From: an uncultured archaeon
GTDB taxonomy: Archaea; Asgardarchaeota; Hermodarchaeia; Hermodarchaeales; Hermodarchaeaceae
Assembly (NCBI GenBank): GCA_964347045.1
Contig: CAYFXC010000022.1
Span: 1-30,088 of the forward strand
Direction: 5' to 3'
Length of the DNA: 30,088 nt
Shown here: one piece after another, positions 19,288-28,025 of the stretch
Layout of the letters: every line of letters begins with the position of its first letter
How positions within the stretch are numbered: position 1 is the stretch's first letter
Program-made: the position numbers and the translations under genes
Notes under the pieces: model-generated
Database searches by the model: none
The model's input: only the letters and a program-made list of their open reading frames with translations
What the model was told of the DNA's origin: nothing

Positions 19288-19362
19288 TGGTGCGCTGTCC
19301 GGGATTTGAACCCGGGCACCCAGCGTGGCAGGCTGGAGTCCTAGCCACTAGACCAACAGCGC
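19288..19362 (-). tRNA. tRNA-Gly(GCC), CCA encoded
   Basis: Cloverleaf; anticodon arm CCAGC-CTGCCAC-GCTGG; GGTTCAAATCC. Confidence 0.97.
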
Positions 19363-19485
19363 ACGGAGCTTGTAAAATCCGTCACCCTTTTTATTGGTTT
19401 TGGCTATTGCGGTTGAAGCAGTGAACAAGGGGTTGACTGGGAATGGAAAGACTTAAGCGCGTCGATGTCTCCCCTGCGGTTTGTA

Positions 19486-19591
19486 GCGGTCGTGGTCTAG
19501 TGGTTATGATTTCGGCCTTCCACGCCGAATACCCGGGTTCGAACGCCAGCACACGTTTTATGACTGACCGAATATCCCGGCGACCGCACCA
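19486..19591 (+). tRNA. tRNA-Gly(TCC) with a 31-nt T-loop intron (19544-19574, position 59/60)
   Basis: Acceptor GCGGTCG/CGACCGC-A-CCA; anticodon arm TCGGC-CTTCCAC-GCCGA; BHB-type splicing restores TTCGAAT. Confidence 0.93.
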
Positions 19592-19675
19592 TTTCCTCTC
19601 CAACATTTTATGACCGTGTCAAAATTTGCACCGATTTTTTCGAATGTCTATGACTGTAGAGATAGGGGAAGCCCC

Positions 19676-19836
19676 GTTTAATAATCTTTTAGCCTATATA
19701 TATAAGTCTATACTTATTATTTTAAAGTAATAGCAATATTTATAAGTAAGTATCTATAAGTATAGTATGTTGTTAATGTTTCCCGTTCACCCCACGAATG
19801 CTGGAGCCGCCCTGACTCCACTGGAAACGATGGGGT
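19676..19836. promoter_or_regulatory. Candidate replication origin: AT-rich DUE-like tract plus ORB-like box CTCCACTGGAAACGATGGGGT (19816-19836)
   Basis: Match to the TCCA-N2/3-GAAA(C)-N3-GGGGT ORB consensus; ~100-bp AT-rich tract with TATAAGT repeats. Confidence 0.55.
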
Positions 19837-19868
19837 GGGAGAGCTCGCCTAAATGGAGGTAGAGCCTC

Positions 19869-20258
19869 ATGGAGAATGATCAAATGGAATACGTTCCCCC
19901 CGTGGAAGTACAAAATTACCAAAAGTTCCTGAACTTTGCCCGTCAAGCAGCTATTGTGACGTTTGAGCCCGTATACCACGTCGCCCCATTCGAGAGCGAT
20001 GTGGCAGATAATCCAGCTCAATGGCTCCGGGCACTGCACATCTATGCCATCGGTGTTGAGCTCAACGGAATTTTCATCACTCTCATGCACCGGATTGATT
20101 TCCCCCCCGTAAGCTTTGACGAAGGCGTCCTCGATTGTGTTGCTACTGAAGGCAAGCTAGCTAAGATAGTTCAGGAGTTAGAAACAGAATTCCAAGCCGT
20201 ACCAGGTGCTCCAGAACAGCCCTCATTGCATGATGAGTGGATTCGCACCCTACGGTAA
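19869..20258 (+). CDS. Hypothetical protein (129 aa)
   Basis: ATG start with GGAGGT SD; plausible globular composition; no family recognised. Confidence 0.7.
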   Translation: MENDQMEYVPPVEVQNYQKFLNFARQAAIVTFEPVYHVAPFESDVADNPAQWLRALHIYAIGVELNGIFITLMHRIDFPPVSFDEGVLDCVATEGKLAKIVQELETEFQAVPGAPEQPSLHDEWIRTLR

Positions 20259-20338
20259 AATAGGCGTTAACGTGTTTCACGGAAAAAGATATTAAGGCGC
20301 GTGTCCGGAAACAGAGCGCGTGGGTAATCCCTGGCTCT

Positions 20339-20415
20339 GGGCCGGTGGTCTAGTTGGTTATGACGCCGCCCTGACACGGCGGAGGTCCCGTGTTCAAATC
20401 ACGGCCGGCCCACCA
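20339..20415 (+). tRNA. tRNA-Val(GAC), CCA encoded
   Basis: Anticodon arm CCGCC-CTGACAC-GGCGG; acceptor GGGCCGG/CCGGCCC; TATA-like AAAAGATATTAAGG upstream. Confidence 0.97.
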
Positions 20416-20420
20416 CACTC

Positions 20421-20533
20421 GCCGACGTAGCTTAGCCCGGGAGTAGCCTAACCTGCGGGTTATGCGCTGCTTTTCCGAAAGCGCGGGACTGAAGATCCCG
20501 TTGTCGCGTGTTCAAATCACGCCGTCGGCACCA
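20421..20533 (+). tRNA. tRNA-Phe(GAA) with a 36-nt D-arm intron (~20444-20479, position ~22/23)
   Basis: Acceptor GCCGACG/CGTCGGC-A-CCA; anticodon arm CGGGA-CTGAAGA-TCCCG; removing the insert gives D-arm GCTTAGCCCGGGAGAGC. Confidence 0.92.
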
Positions 20534-20573
20534 CTTCTACTTTCTAAGATAATTCTTGGAGAAGATAAGCTGC

Positions 20574-21038
20574 TTATGGACTCAGGAAGTAGCCTAACAG
20601 AAAGATGATGATTAGGGCGATGAGGGCCGCGACAACGTTGGCGATGATGTACCCAACGAGATAAGCGACTCGGGAGAAGGGGGCATAAGTGAAAATTAAG
20701 TAGTAGCAACCCGCCCAAATTCCAAGTACAATCAATACGGCTAGAAGAACCATAGCAAATCGACGTAGATAAAGCCGCGTTGGGCTAGCGGCAGGAGCGC
20801 CACGCGTGACGTGATAGGGGAAAAACCGTGATCCAAACAGTTCAGCGAGGAGTGCAGTCGCGGTCGCCAAAACGAGTACGACGCCAAGAGGGACAAGGGT
20901 GAGCACTATGGTGGAGATGACGAGATAGACGCTAGCGATGATATATGAGAGGTAAATCTGAACAATCCCAAATATCGCAATGGTAATGAGAAGGAGCGCA
21001 CCATCATCCAAGTTTTTCCAATAGAATACTTGTGACAT
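20574..21038 (-). CDS. Hypothetical 4-TM membrane protein
   Basis: Four hydrophobic segments; fills the gap between tRNAs. Confidence 0.7.
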   Translation of the reverse strand: MSQVFYWKNLDDGALLLITIAIFGIVQIYLSYIIASVYLVISTIVLTLVPLGVVLVLATATALLAELFGSRFFPYHVTRGAPAASPTRLYLRRFAMVLLAVLIVLGIWAGCYYLIFTYAPFSRVAYLVGYIIANVVAALIALIIIFLLGYFLSP

Positions 21039-21138
21039 ACAAGAAGCCTCGGAATCTGCTCGTTAGTGTGAGCCATTGGGATAACTTAGTATGTATTAAT
21101 GTTTTTATGTCAACCAGAGAATAATCCGAGAATGGGAA

Positions 21139-21213
<75 letters not shown>

Positions 21214-21224
21214 ATAGAAGCGGG

Positions 21225-21410
21225 TTAGACAAGGCGAGTTCGTGTGACGTCTTTTCGGGCCCAGCTGTATTTGCGAATACGACTAGTCACTCCGAAGCCA
21301 CAGGCCGCACATCGTTTCTTTCTGATGTGATAGGATCGGCGTCCACAGCGTCGGCAGCGAATGTGCGATTTCTTGTTTTTCTTTCCGAAAGAAGGTGTCC
21401 CTTTGCCCAT
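21225..21410 (-). CDS. rpl37e: Ribosomal protein eL37
   Basis: [23 protein letters not shown]. Confidence 0.97.
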   Translation of the reverse strand: MGKGTPSFGKKNKKSHIRCRRCGRRSYHIRKKRCAACGFGVTSRIRKYSWARKDVTRTRLV

Positions 21411-21416
21411 TGTTCA

Positions 21417-21677
21417 TCACTTGTTCTTTTTTGCACTTTTCTTACCCGAAGCCTTTCCTGAGGGTGAAAGGAGGATAACATTGTCGCCGCGAAGGATTAC
21501 AGTCCCCAATTCTTGGGGAGGTTTTTCAGTAAGATCTTCCGCATCATCGAGGATGAGGTTTAGATGCTGATCATATCCACGGAGACGACCACGTAGCTCT
21601 CTGTCACCTTTCAGCTTCACTAGGACTTGTGAATTTAGTGACCGACCGAGTAAATCCATAGGACGATTTTCTGACAC
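21417..21677 (-). CDS. Sm-like archaeal protein (SmAP1/Lsm) with Lys-rich tail
   Basis: Sm1 GRLRGYDQHLNLIL, Sm2 ILRGDNV; conserved Sm-rpl37e pair. Confidence 0.96.
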   Translation of the reverse strand: MSENRPMDLLGRSLNSQVLVKLKGDRELRGRLRGYDQHLNLILDDAEDLTEKPPQELGTVILRGDNVILLSPSGKASGKKSAKKNK

Positions 21678-21765
21678 GGCACAAGCTCCTGCCTACTAAT
21701 GCAACAGGCATGCCTAAGAGACCTTAAAAAAGTTTGCTACTCATTTAGAGAAAGGGGGTACATTC

Positions 21766-22281
21766 ATGCGCATAAAACACCGCACGCTCCTTCGCACGAA
21801 AGAACTCCGGAAATTACTGGAAGGTCTCGAAAAGACGCCTAAAATGATTCATAAAGCCCTTAGAGACAGCTCCTCGGGAAAGGTATCTGTTGAAAGGATA
21901 ATTTTGGACAAGAAATCGGAGTTGTTTTTGGTTCAAGGTGAATTATGGCTCGTTAAGTTGGATGCAATAGTGTTTCCGGGATTACCCGCGTTGATAGCTG
22001 AGAATGTGCAACTGCCACAGGTTGTCATCGACATGGGTGCGGTGCCCCATATTGCAAATGGGGCAGATGTCATGGCTCCAGGTATCTTCAGTATCGATGA
22101 GCAACTTGTTGTTGATGATTTTGCAGTGATTATTGACCAGAAGAATCTGGTTCCCCTAGCTGTAGGTCGGATGCTTCTTATGCCAGAAGTAATTTTGAAA
22201 TCGAATAAAGGACGCGCCATCGAAACGCTTCATTATGTTGGCGACCAGTTATGGAAGCTTGCTAAGGAGCTCTCCGAATGA
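21766..22281 (+). CDS. PUA-domain RNA-binding protein (MCT-1/Tma20-like, DUF1947+PUA)
   Basis: VVIDMGAVPHIANGADVMAPGI, KGRAI, HYVGD. Confidence 0.9.
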   Translation: MRIKHRTLLRTKELRKLLEGLEKTPKMIHKALRDSSSGKVSVERIILDKKSELFLVQGELWLVKLDAIVFPGLPALIAENVQLPQVVIDMGAVPHIANGADVMAPGIFSIDEQLVVDDFAVIIDQKNLVPLAVGRMLLMPEVILKSNKGRAIETLHYVGDQLWKLAKELSE

Positions 22282-22348
22282 CAAGGCGAAGGATTTTTCT
22301 GTTCACATTTCATCTTTGAGCTGTGGAATTGTCGGAGGATGATTCGGT

Positions 22349-22732
22349 TTGAGCCCCTTTGGACGAAAAAAGAAAGATAAAACTGCTGATTCTAAAGAAG
22401 CAACGCCAAGTACGAGTTTAGATGCGGCTTCAATGTTTGTACGATTTATGGAGCTGACGGGATTAATGGATGTTACACCCATTTCAGATGAAGTTCGAAA
22501 AGGAAATATGGTTGTAATGGATGTTTCACCACTTGTTCAGCAAGGCACAGAATCACAATTGCAGTTAAGACGCGCCGTTGAACAGCTTCGAGCTGTGTGC
22601 ATTAGTGTCGATGGAGACATTGGACAACTGGGTAACCGGTATATCATCCTTACACCAAGTCGTGTTAAGATTTTCCGTGAATCACCAGCGGATGACGTTA
22701 ATATTGATGTTCCTCCTTCTACGACTGAGTAG
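22349..22732 (+). CDS. sepF: Archaeal SepF (DUF552)
   Basis: GNMVVMDV, LRRAVEQL, GDIGQLG...IILTP; follows the PUA gene as in other archaea. Confidence 0.85.
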   Translation: MSPFGRKKKDKTADSKEATPSTSLDAASMFVRFMELTGLMDVTPISDEVRKGNMVVMDVSPLVQQGTESQLQLRRAVEQLRAVCISVDGDIGQLGNRYIILTPSRVKIFRESPADDVNIDVPPSTTE

Positions 22733-22741
22733 GCAGCCATC

Positions 22742-23806
22742 ATGAAAAAAGTGTGTATCCTGGTTGATCAACCCCGAGGAGAACAACTTAGAAAATTGTT
22801 AGTGGAGCAAGGACTCCTCGACACTAATTTTCCTATCACAAAAAAGAGAAACCAATTGTGCTTTCCTATTCACCGTGAAATTTCAATTAGCGAATTGACT
22901 GTTCTCGAACACAAAGTAGGACACATCAAAATGGTGAAAAAAGACCTCAAACCCGTTCTGAAAAAACCCGCGAATCTTAGTACGGCTTTACAAGACATTC
23001 TTCCTGATAAATTGCACCAATTGCTTCCCCATTCCATGGACATCATTGGCGAAATTGCCGTGGTTGAGCTGAATGATCTGTTAAGATCATATGATACGCA
23101 GATTGGTCAGGCTATTATGATGGTTAATTCACGAATTTCAACTGTTTATGCTAAAGAAGGAGGCGTTGAGGGAGAGTGTCGTCTTCGCCCGCTGCGCTTA
23201 ATAGCTGGGAAAGATCAATCGACCACCATTCATACCGAATTTGGAGTTAAAATAGCTGTTAATGTTACGCAAACTTACTTCAGTCCACGCCTTGGAACTG
23301 AACATGATCGGATAGCGCGTTTGATTCAATCCGGAGAAGTCATTGTGGACATGTTTACAGGAGTCGGTCCGTTTGCGCTTCTAGCGGCAAAACGACAGCA
23401 GGTGAAGGTTTTTGCCATTGATGTCAATCCCCAAGCCATTAAATGCCTGCAGAAAAGTCTTGAGCTCAATCGATTAATTGGGGAAGTGATACCCCTCGTT
23501 GGTGATGCACGCACCATCATTGGTGATCAACTTGCAGGAAAAGCAGATCGTGTAATCATGAATCTTCCAAATGATGCATTTTCCTTTCTAGACGTTGCCA
23601 GTAAAGCAATGAAACCAAATGGTGGAGTCATCCATTTTTATGGTGTGACTACTGAAGCATTATCCCTTGAAACGCTCGCAAACGAAGTTTTAGACAAGCT
23701 TGCAGAATATGGATTTGATGCAAAAATTACTATTTCACGCGTCGTGCGCCCAGCAGCACCCCATGAAGAACAAGTTGTTCTAGACCTTCACTTAACTCCA
23801 GTATGA
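22742..23806 (+). CDS. trm5: Trm5-family tRNA (G37-N1) methyltransferase
   Basis: D1 N-domain, DIIGEIA, YFSPRL, DMFTGVGPF, IMNLP. Confidence 0.85.
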   Translation: MKKVCILVDQPRGEQLRKLLVEQGLLDTNFPITKKRNQLCFPIHREISISELTVLEHKVGHIKMVKKDLKPVLKKPANLSTALQDILPDKLHQLLPHSMDIIGEIAVVELNDLLRSYDTQIGQAIMMVNSRISTVYAKEGGVEGECRLRPLRLIAGKDQSTTIHTEFGVKIAVNVTQTYFSPRLGTEHDRIARLIQSGEVIVDMFTGVGPFALLAAKRQQVKVFAIDVNPQAIKCLQKSLELNRLIGEVIPLVGDARTIIGDQLAGKADRVIMNLPNDAFSFLDVASKAMKPNGGVIHFYGVTTEALSLETLANEVLDKLAEYGFDAKITISRVVRPAAPHEEQVVLDLHLTPV

Positions 23807-24234
23807 ACCACAAAAGCCACCTGAAGAACAATATTTGGGTTTCGAAGCGATGCAATCAATTTTCGATCGAGGTCCTTTGCAGCTTTATCACATCGAATAG
23901 CAATTGTTCTATTGTCCACAAAATCGCTAGTACGCCAAACAAGCGATGTTGGAGAAGTTAGAGTAAAGGCGGGTGAACCATATCCTCGGATTTGTTCAGT
24001 TTTGTCACCAAGTGAAAGATAGGTTTGAATTTGCGTATCTGGTCGTCGTAAAACATCACCAAACAGAGTATTGAGGTGTCGAGCACTGTGGGAAGCGTTA
24101 ACACCAATTATGCAATCACCTTGCATGGTAAGATGTGAATCCATTGTCACTTCAATGGTGGATGAATGCGTGGCTTGGATGTTAACATGGCCTTTAGCAG
24201 TCATGATGAATTGTGGCTGTTCTGGCGATACCAT
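23788..24234 (-). CDS. DUF371 family protein
   Basis: KGHVNIQATH, GDCIIGV, DKAAKDL. Confidence 0.88.
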   Translation of the reverse strand: MVSPEQPQFIMTAKGHVNIQATHSSTIEVTMDSHLTMQGDCIIGVNASHSARHLNTLFGDVLRRPDTQIQTYLSLGDKTEQIRGYGSPAFTLTSPTSLVWRTSDFVDNRTIAIRCDKAAKDLDRKLIASLRNPNIVLQVAFVVHTGVK

Positions 24235-24293
24235 AGTGGGATATTTAGTAGGGCGAGTACAAATAGTTTCAAATTAGATAACTTTGAGCTTGA

Positions 24294-25001
24294 ATGGTGA
24301 GTGATAATACGCCTTCAGAAAATGTGAAACCAGATATCGGGAAAAAGGAAGCTACTTTGAAGCGTTTAATTGCTTCCCGTACCGTGAAGAAGGAAGAAAC
24401 AATACGAGCATATCGAACGGTCCCTCGTGAACTCTTTTTACCGGGCCATCTTGTTCATGATGCCTATGCTGATACACCCCTCCCCATTGGAGAAGGGCAG
24501 ACCATTTCAGCAATTCATATGTGCTTGATTTACCTTGAGCTACTTGATCTCAAAGAAGGACTGAAAGTCTTAGAGGTGGGAGGAGGTTCCGGATATCATG
24601 CCGCATTAGTAGCTGAAGTCGTCTCGCCCACAGGTAAGCCTCCTTCAGGGCACGTTTTTACCATTGAGCGAAAGCCGACCTTAGTTGAATTTGCGAAAGA
24701 GAATCTTGAACGATCTGGATACAGCGATCGAGTAACGGTGATCGAGGGGGATGGCACCTTGGGATTGCCTGAGGAGGCACCTTTTGACCGAATCATGGTT
24801 GCAGCTGCAGCACCACATATTCCCCAATCCCTTGTTGATCAGTTGGAAGCGGAGGGTAAGATGTTGATTCCGGTGGGTGGTCATCATTTCTGGCAGGAAT
24901 TGACCCTTGTCACAAAAGACAAGAAAGGCAATGTTCAAGAACGCCAACAAATGTCTGTGGCTTTTGTCCCTCTTATTGGAGAGGAAGGCTGGACATCCTA
25001 A
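24294..25001 (+). CDS. pcm: Protein-L-isoaspartate O-methyltransferase
   Basis: VPRELF, GQTISA, VLEVGGGSGY, GDGTLG, APFDRI, FVPL. Confidence 0.95.
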   Translation: MVSDNTPSENVKPDIGKKEATLKRLIASRTVKKEETIRAYRTVPRELFLPGHLVHDAYADTPLPIGEGQTISAIHMCLIYLELLDLKEGLKVLEVGGGSGYHAALVAEVVSPTGKPPSGHVFTIERKPTLVEFAKENLERSGYSDRVTVIEGDGTLGLPEEAPFDRIMVAAAAPHIPQSLVDQLEAEGKMLIPVGGHHFWQELTLVTKDKKGNVQERQQMSVAFVPLIGEEGWTS

Positions 25002-25004
25002 TCC

Positions 25005-26201
25005 CTATTTTTCTGGTTTGCGAAGTTTGGCGATGAAATAGCCGGGTAAATCATGAATATCTGGATAGATGCGTTGAACGTTATCTTTCACTATAGAGTC
25101 GCCCGCTAGTCCTTTACTACCAATGAAAGGAGTTTGGGGCTCTAGTGTGAAGTCCTTGTTATCTATGAGATCTTGAATGTTGAATTCATTTTCTTCTACC
25201 GTTAGGGTACAAGTCGAATACACCAGAATGCCACCCGGACGAAGTGCTGAAACTGCCGAGTCCAGAATCATGCGTTGATAGGAAGCGGTACTCTGAATGC
25301 GTGCACGTGTAGTTTCATCATAAAGTTTGGGTCGAACGCCAAGGGCAGTACAGGGTGGATCAACAAGAACGCGATCAGCTTGAATTGTGGGATATTGGGT
25401 AACAAATTCTTTGGCACGACCAACAAATGGTGTTATGCACGATATTCCTAAGCGTTTCGCTTCGGAGAGCAGGTGATTTAATCGTCGCTTGGACCGATCC
25501 ACGGCGATGAGCCGACACTGGTTATCCACCAATTGGGCGATGTGGGTGCTTTTTCCCCCAGGAGCTGCGCAAAAATCAATTATTGTTTCATCTTGTTGAG
25601 GATCAAGAATTGGAGCGACAAGTATGGCTGACAGCGATTGAGAATAAAACAGACCTTTTTGATGTGATGCAAGATCAGAGATGCTTGGTATGTCATAATA
25701 CGAATCGATGATCTTTACGATTAGTCCGTCTTTAAGAGATGATAAATTCCTACTTTCTTCATGGGTAACTCCACTGCCAACGATGTGCCCTTTTGGATTC
25801 ACGACAGTGACGAAATCACCTTTTGAGAATGGGTCGAAGCGCTTAACGCCAGGTCGATAGAGATGACTCCCAAGAAGTACATTTTCACTGCTCGCTTTAT
25901 CAGCTACGATGATTTTTTCATGTTGATGTACTGGACCAGCTTTGTGAATTGGTAGAGCAACCGCATTTAGTTCGGGATTTACAATGGTTGCAGTGATATC
26001 TTCTCTGCGTAGTTGGTCAACTAGTTGTTCGTTGGTCGTAAGAAGGGTATTGGTTCGGAGGTGAAAGAATTCTCCTGGTTTACGTAACGCCGATGCAAGA
26101 GCATGAGCTCTTGTTGCGCCAAAAAGGTCTATGAAATAATGGTTGAGTTCTTCATTTAGTTCAGAGACATCTGGAGGAGGTCGAATTACATTCTTCACCA
26201 T
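25005..26201 (-). CDS. PUA-containing RNA m5C methyltransferase (archaeal NSun6-like)
   Basis: PUA (GSHLYRPGV), DFCAAPGGKS, DPPCTALG, YSTCT, EENE. Confidence 0.88.
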   Translation of the reverse strand: MVKNVIRPPPDVSELNEELNHYFIDLFGATRAHALASALRKPGEFFHLRTNTLLTTNEQLVDQLRREDITATIVNPELNAVALPIHKAGPVHQHEKIIVADKASSENVLLGSHLYRPGVKRFDPFSKGDFVTVVNPKGHIVGSGVTHEESRNLSSLKDGLIVKIIDSYYDIPSISDLASHQKGLFYSQSLSAILVAPILDPQQDETIIDFCAAPGGKSTHIAQLVDNQCRLIAVDRSKRRLNHLLSEAKRLGISCITPFVGRAKEFVTQYPTIQADRVLVDPPCTALGVRPKLYDETTRARIQSTASYQRMILDSAVSALRPGGILVYSTCTLTVEENEFNIQDLIDNKDFTLEPQTPFIGSKGLAGDSIVKDNVQRIYPDIHDLPGYFIAKLRKPEK

Positions 26202-26225
26202 TGCTCAGCTCTAGGTAATGAAGCA

Positions 26226-27137
26226 CTAGCCGTTCACAAAGAATCTTCCTTCGGCGACGAGTTTTACTTTTCCAGACACTAAAACACTTTTAGGAGCTTT
26301 TTCTCCCACCACCGCTGCAATTAATTGACTTGGACGATTAATTTCATAGCCCTGCTCAATGAAAATTGGCGTTTGTCGTGTAGCTCGGTTGACGAGCCCA
26401 TAATGATCAACATAGGCACCTATTGGACCAGCCGCGCTCCCTGTTGCTGGATCTTCAAGAACACCGACATCAGGAGCAAACATTCGTACATGAACATCTG
26501 AATCTTTGTTCACTGTTTCAGAGGTTATAAGAACAATTCTAGCTGTGGTCTCATCTCCCAATGTTCGAAGGATTGCTTGACCATCAGGCTGTGCCTTTTG
26601 AACTGCTTCAAGTGAAATAAGAGGTACAATTAGAAAGGGCGCACCAGTTGCGACATATTGCATAGGATATTTTGTAGAAATTGTTGAACTGGAAAGCCCC
26701 ACAGTTGCCGCGATTTCTTTTCGGTTTTCTAGCTTTTTAAGAAATTTTGGTGCAGGTTGAATCATTCGAACAATATCTGAACCTACATATTCTACAGGGA
26801 TTTTCCCAATTCCGAGTTCTAAGTTGATTTCTGGAATCGGAGGGTCAACCAGACCGACGTGTTTCAACACATACGCGCTACCTAGTGTAGGATGTCCAGC
26901 AAAAGGGAGTTCTCTTGCCGGAGTGAAAATACGTACTTTATATGAACAACCTTCTAGGGTGGGTGTTTCGAAAAAGGTGGTCTCAGAGAAATTCATCTCC
27001 AATGCAATACCCTGCATAACTTCGGTTGTTATCAGCGAATTGGCTTGGATATCCCAAAATGTAGCGAGTTGATTCCCACCAAAGGCATACCGGTCATCCA
27101 CAAACACGCTGGTTTGAACATAAGGAAGTGTTTCCAT
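26226..27137 (-). CDS. PhzF-family isomerase/epimerase
   Basis: GGNQLA, EMNFSETTF, ELPFAGHPTLG, EDPATGSA, EQG. Confidence 0.93.
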   Translation of the reverse strand: METLPYVQTSVFVDDRYAFGGNQLATFWDIQANSLITTEVMQGIALEMNFSETTFFETPTLEGCSYKVRIFTPARELPFAGHPTLGSAYVLKHVGLVDPPIPEINLELGIGKIPVEYVGSDIVRMIQPAPKFLKKLENRKEIAATVGLSSSTISTKYPMQYVATGAPFLIVPLISLEAVQKAQPDGQAILRTLGDETTARIVLITSETVNKDSDVHVRMFAPDVGVLEDPATGSAAGPIGAYVDHYGLVNRATRQTPIFIEQGYEINRPSQLIAAVVGEKAPKSVLVSGKVKLVAEGRFFVNG

Positions 27138-27300
27138 CTAATTTCACCAACATGCGATTTGATTACTACCTAACAAAAAGAACTTTCCTTTACGGTTTAC
27201 GAACATTGCAGAGAATCAAGAGAATGAGAAGTAGGCGAGAGTGCTTTAAATAGCCATAATCTAAGGTGTAAAAGAGCGGCTACTCCTTGGTGATTAAGGC

Positions 27301-27504
27301 ATGATCGAGTTTAACGCCCACGTATTAGACGGGAACCAGATTCAACTTCCTGACTGGCTTATCGAAAGTGCAGGCCTAAAAAAAGGCGATGTGCTTCGGT
27401 TAGCAATTCTGCACAAAGTCATTGTGCAAATGGCTGAAAAACCAGCAAAGAAAACAAGCACCAAAGGTAAAACCGAAGTAAAATCTGAGCCGAAGAGCAA
27501 ATAA
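27301..27504 (+). CDS. AbrB/MazE/SpoVT-like small DNA-binding protein with Lys-rich tail
   Basis: GNQIQLP...AGLKKGDVL swapped-hairpin motif; GGTGA SD and TTTAAATA TATA upstream. Confidence 0.7.
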   Translation: MIEFNAHVLDGNQIQLPDWLIESAGLKKGDVLRLAILHKVIVQMAEKPAKKTSTKGKTEVKSEPKSK

Positions 27505-27559
27505 GCGGCATATATCCTTCAAAAGAGTTCTCTGATTCTTTTTTCCGTTATATTGTAGA

Positions 27560-28010
27560 TTAGTAACCTCGTTTGACATCAACGATGTTGATAAAGTCTT
27601 TTCGACCCTTGGCAAAGCGAATGATATTTTCAATGACTTCATCCCAGCGATCTAAATCGTCGAACGGTGAAGCGGCACGATGGGGAGAAAGAAGGATATT
27701 GTCCAGTGTATGAAAGGGCTGTTCGTAGGGATATTTTCGCCCGTTTTTATCGGGTTTGGGTTGATAGGTGTACCAGACATCAATGGCGGCACCAGCGATT
27801 TTTTCTTGTTTAAGAACTTGAAAGAACCCCGTTTGATCGATAATGGATCAACGTGCAATGTTGACGAGGACGCCATTTTTGCCTAACCGTTGTAACTCTT
27901 GGTAACCGAGTAAGTTCTCTGTTTCAGCGGTTAGCGGGAGCGCCACAATTAGAGTGTCTATTTTATCGAGAAACTCGTTTAATTGGGAAGGAAAATATCT
28001 ATGGGCGGAG
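27560..28010 (-). pseudogene. D-2-hydroxyacid dehydrogenase, 5'-truncated and with an internal nonsense codon
   Basis: LPLTAET...VNIAR*SIID...GAAIDVW...LLSPHRA...RGY*; in-frame TGA (27848-27850) at the conserved Gly of NxARG. Confidence 0.88.
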
Positions 28011-28025
28011 GTTGGAAGAGAATCG

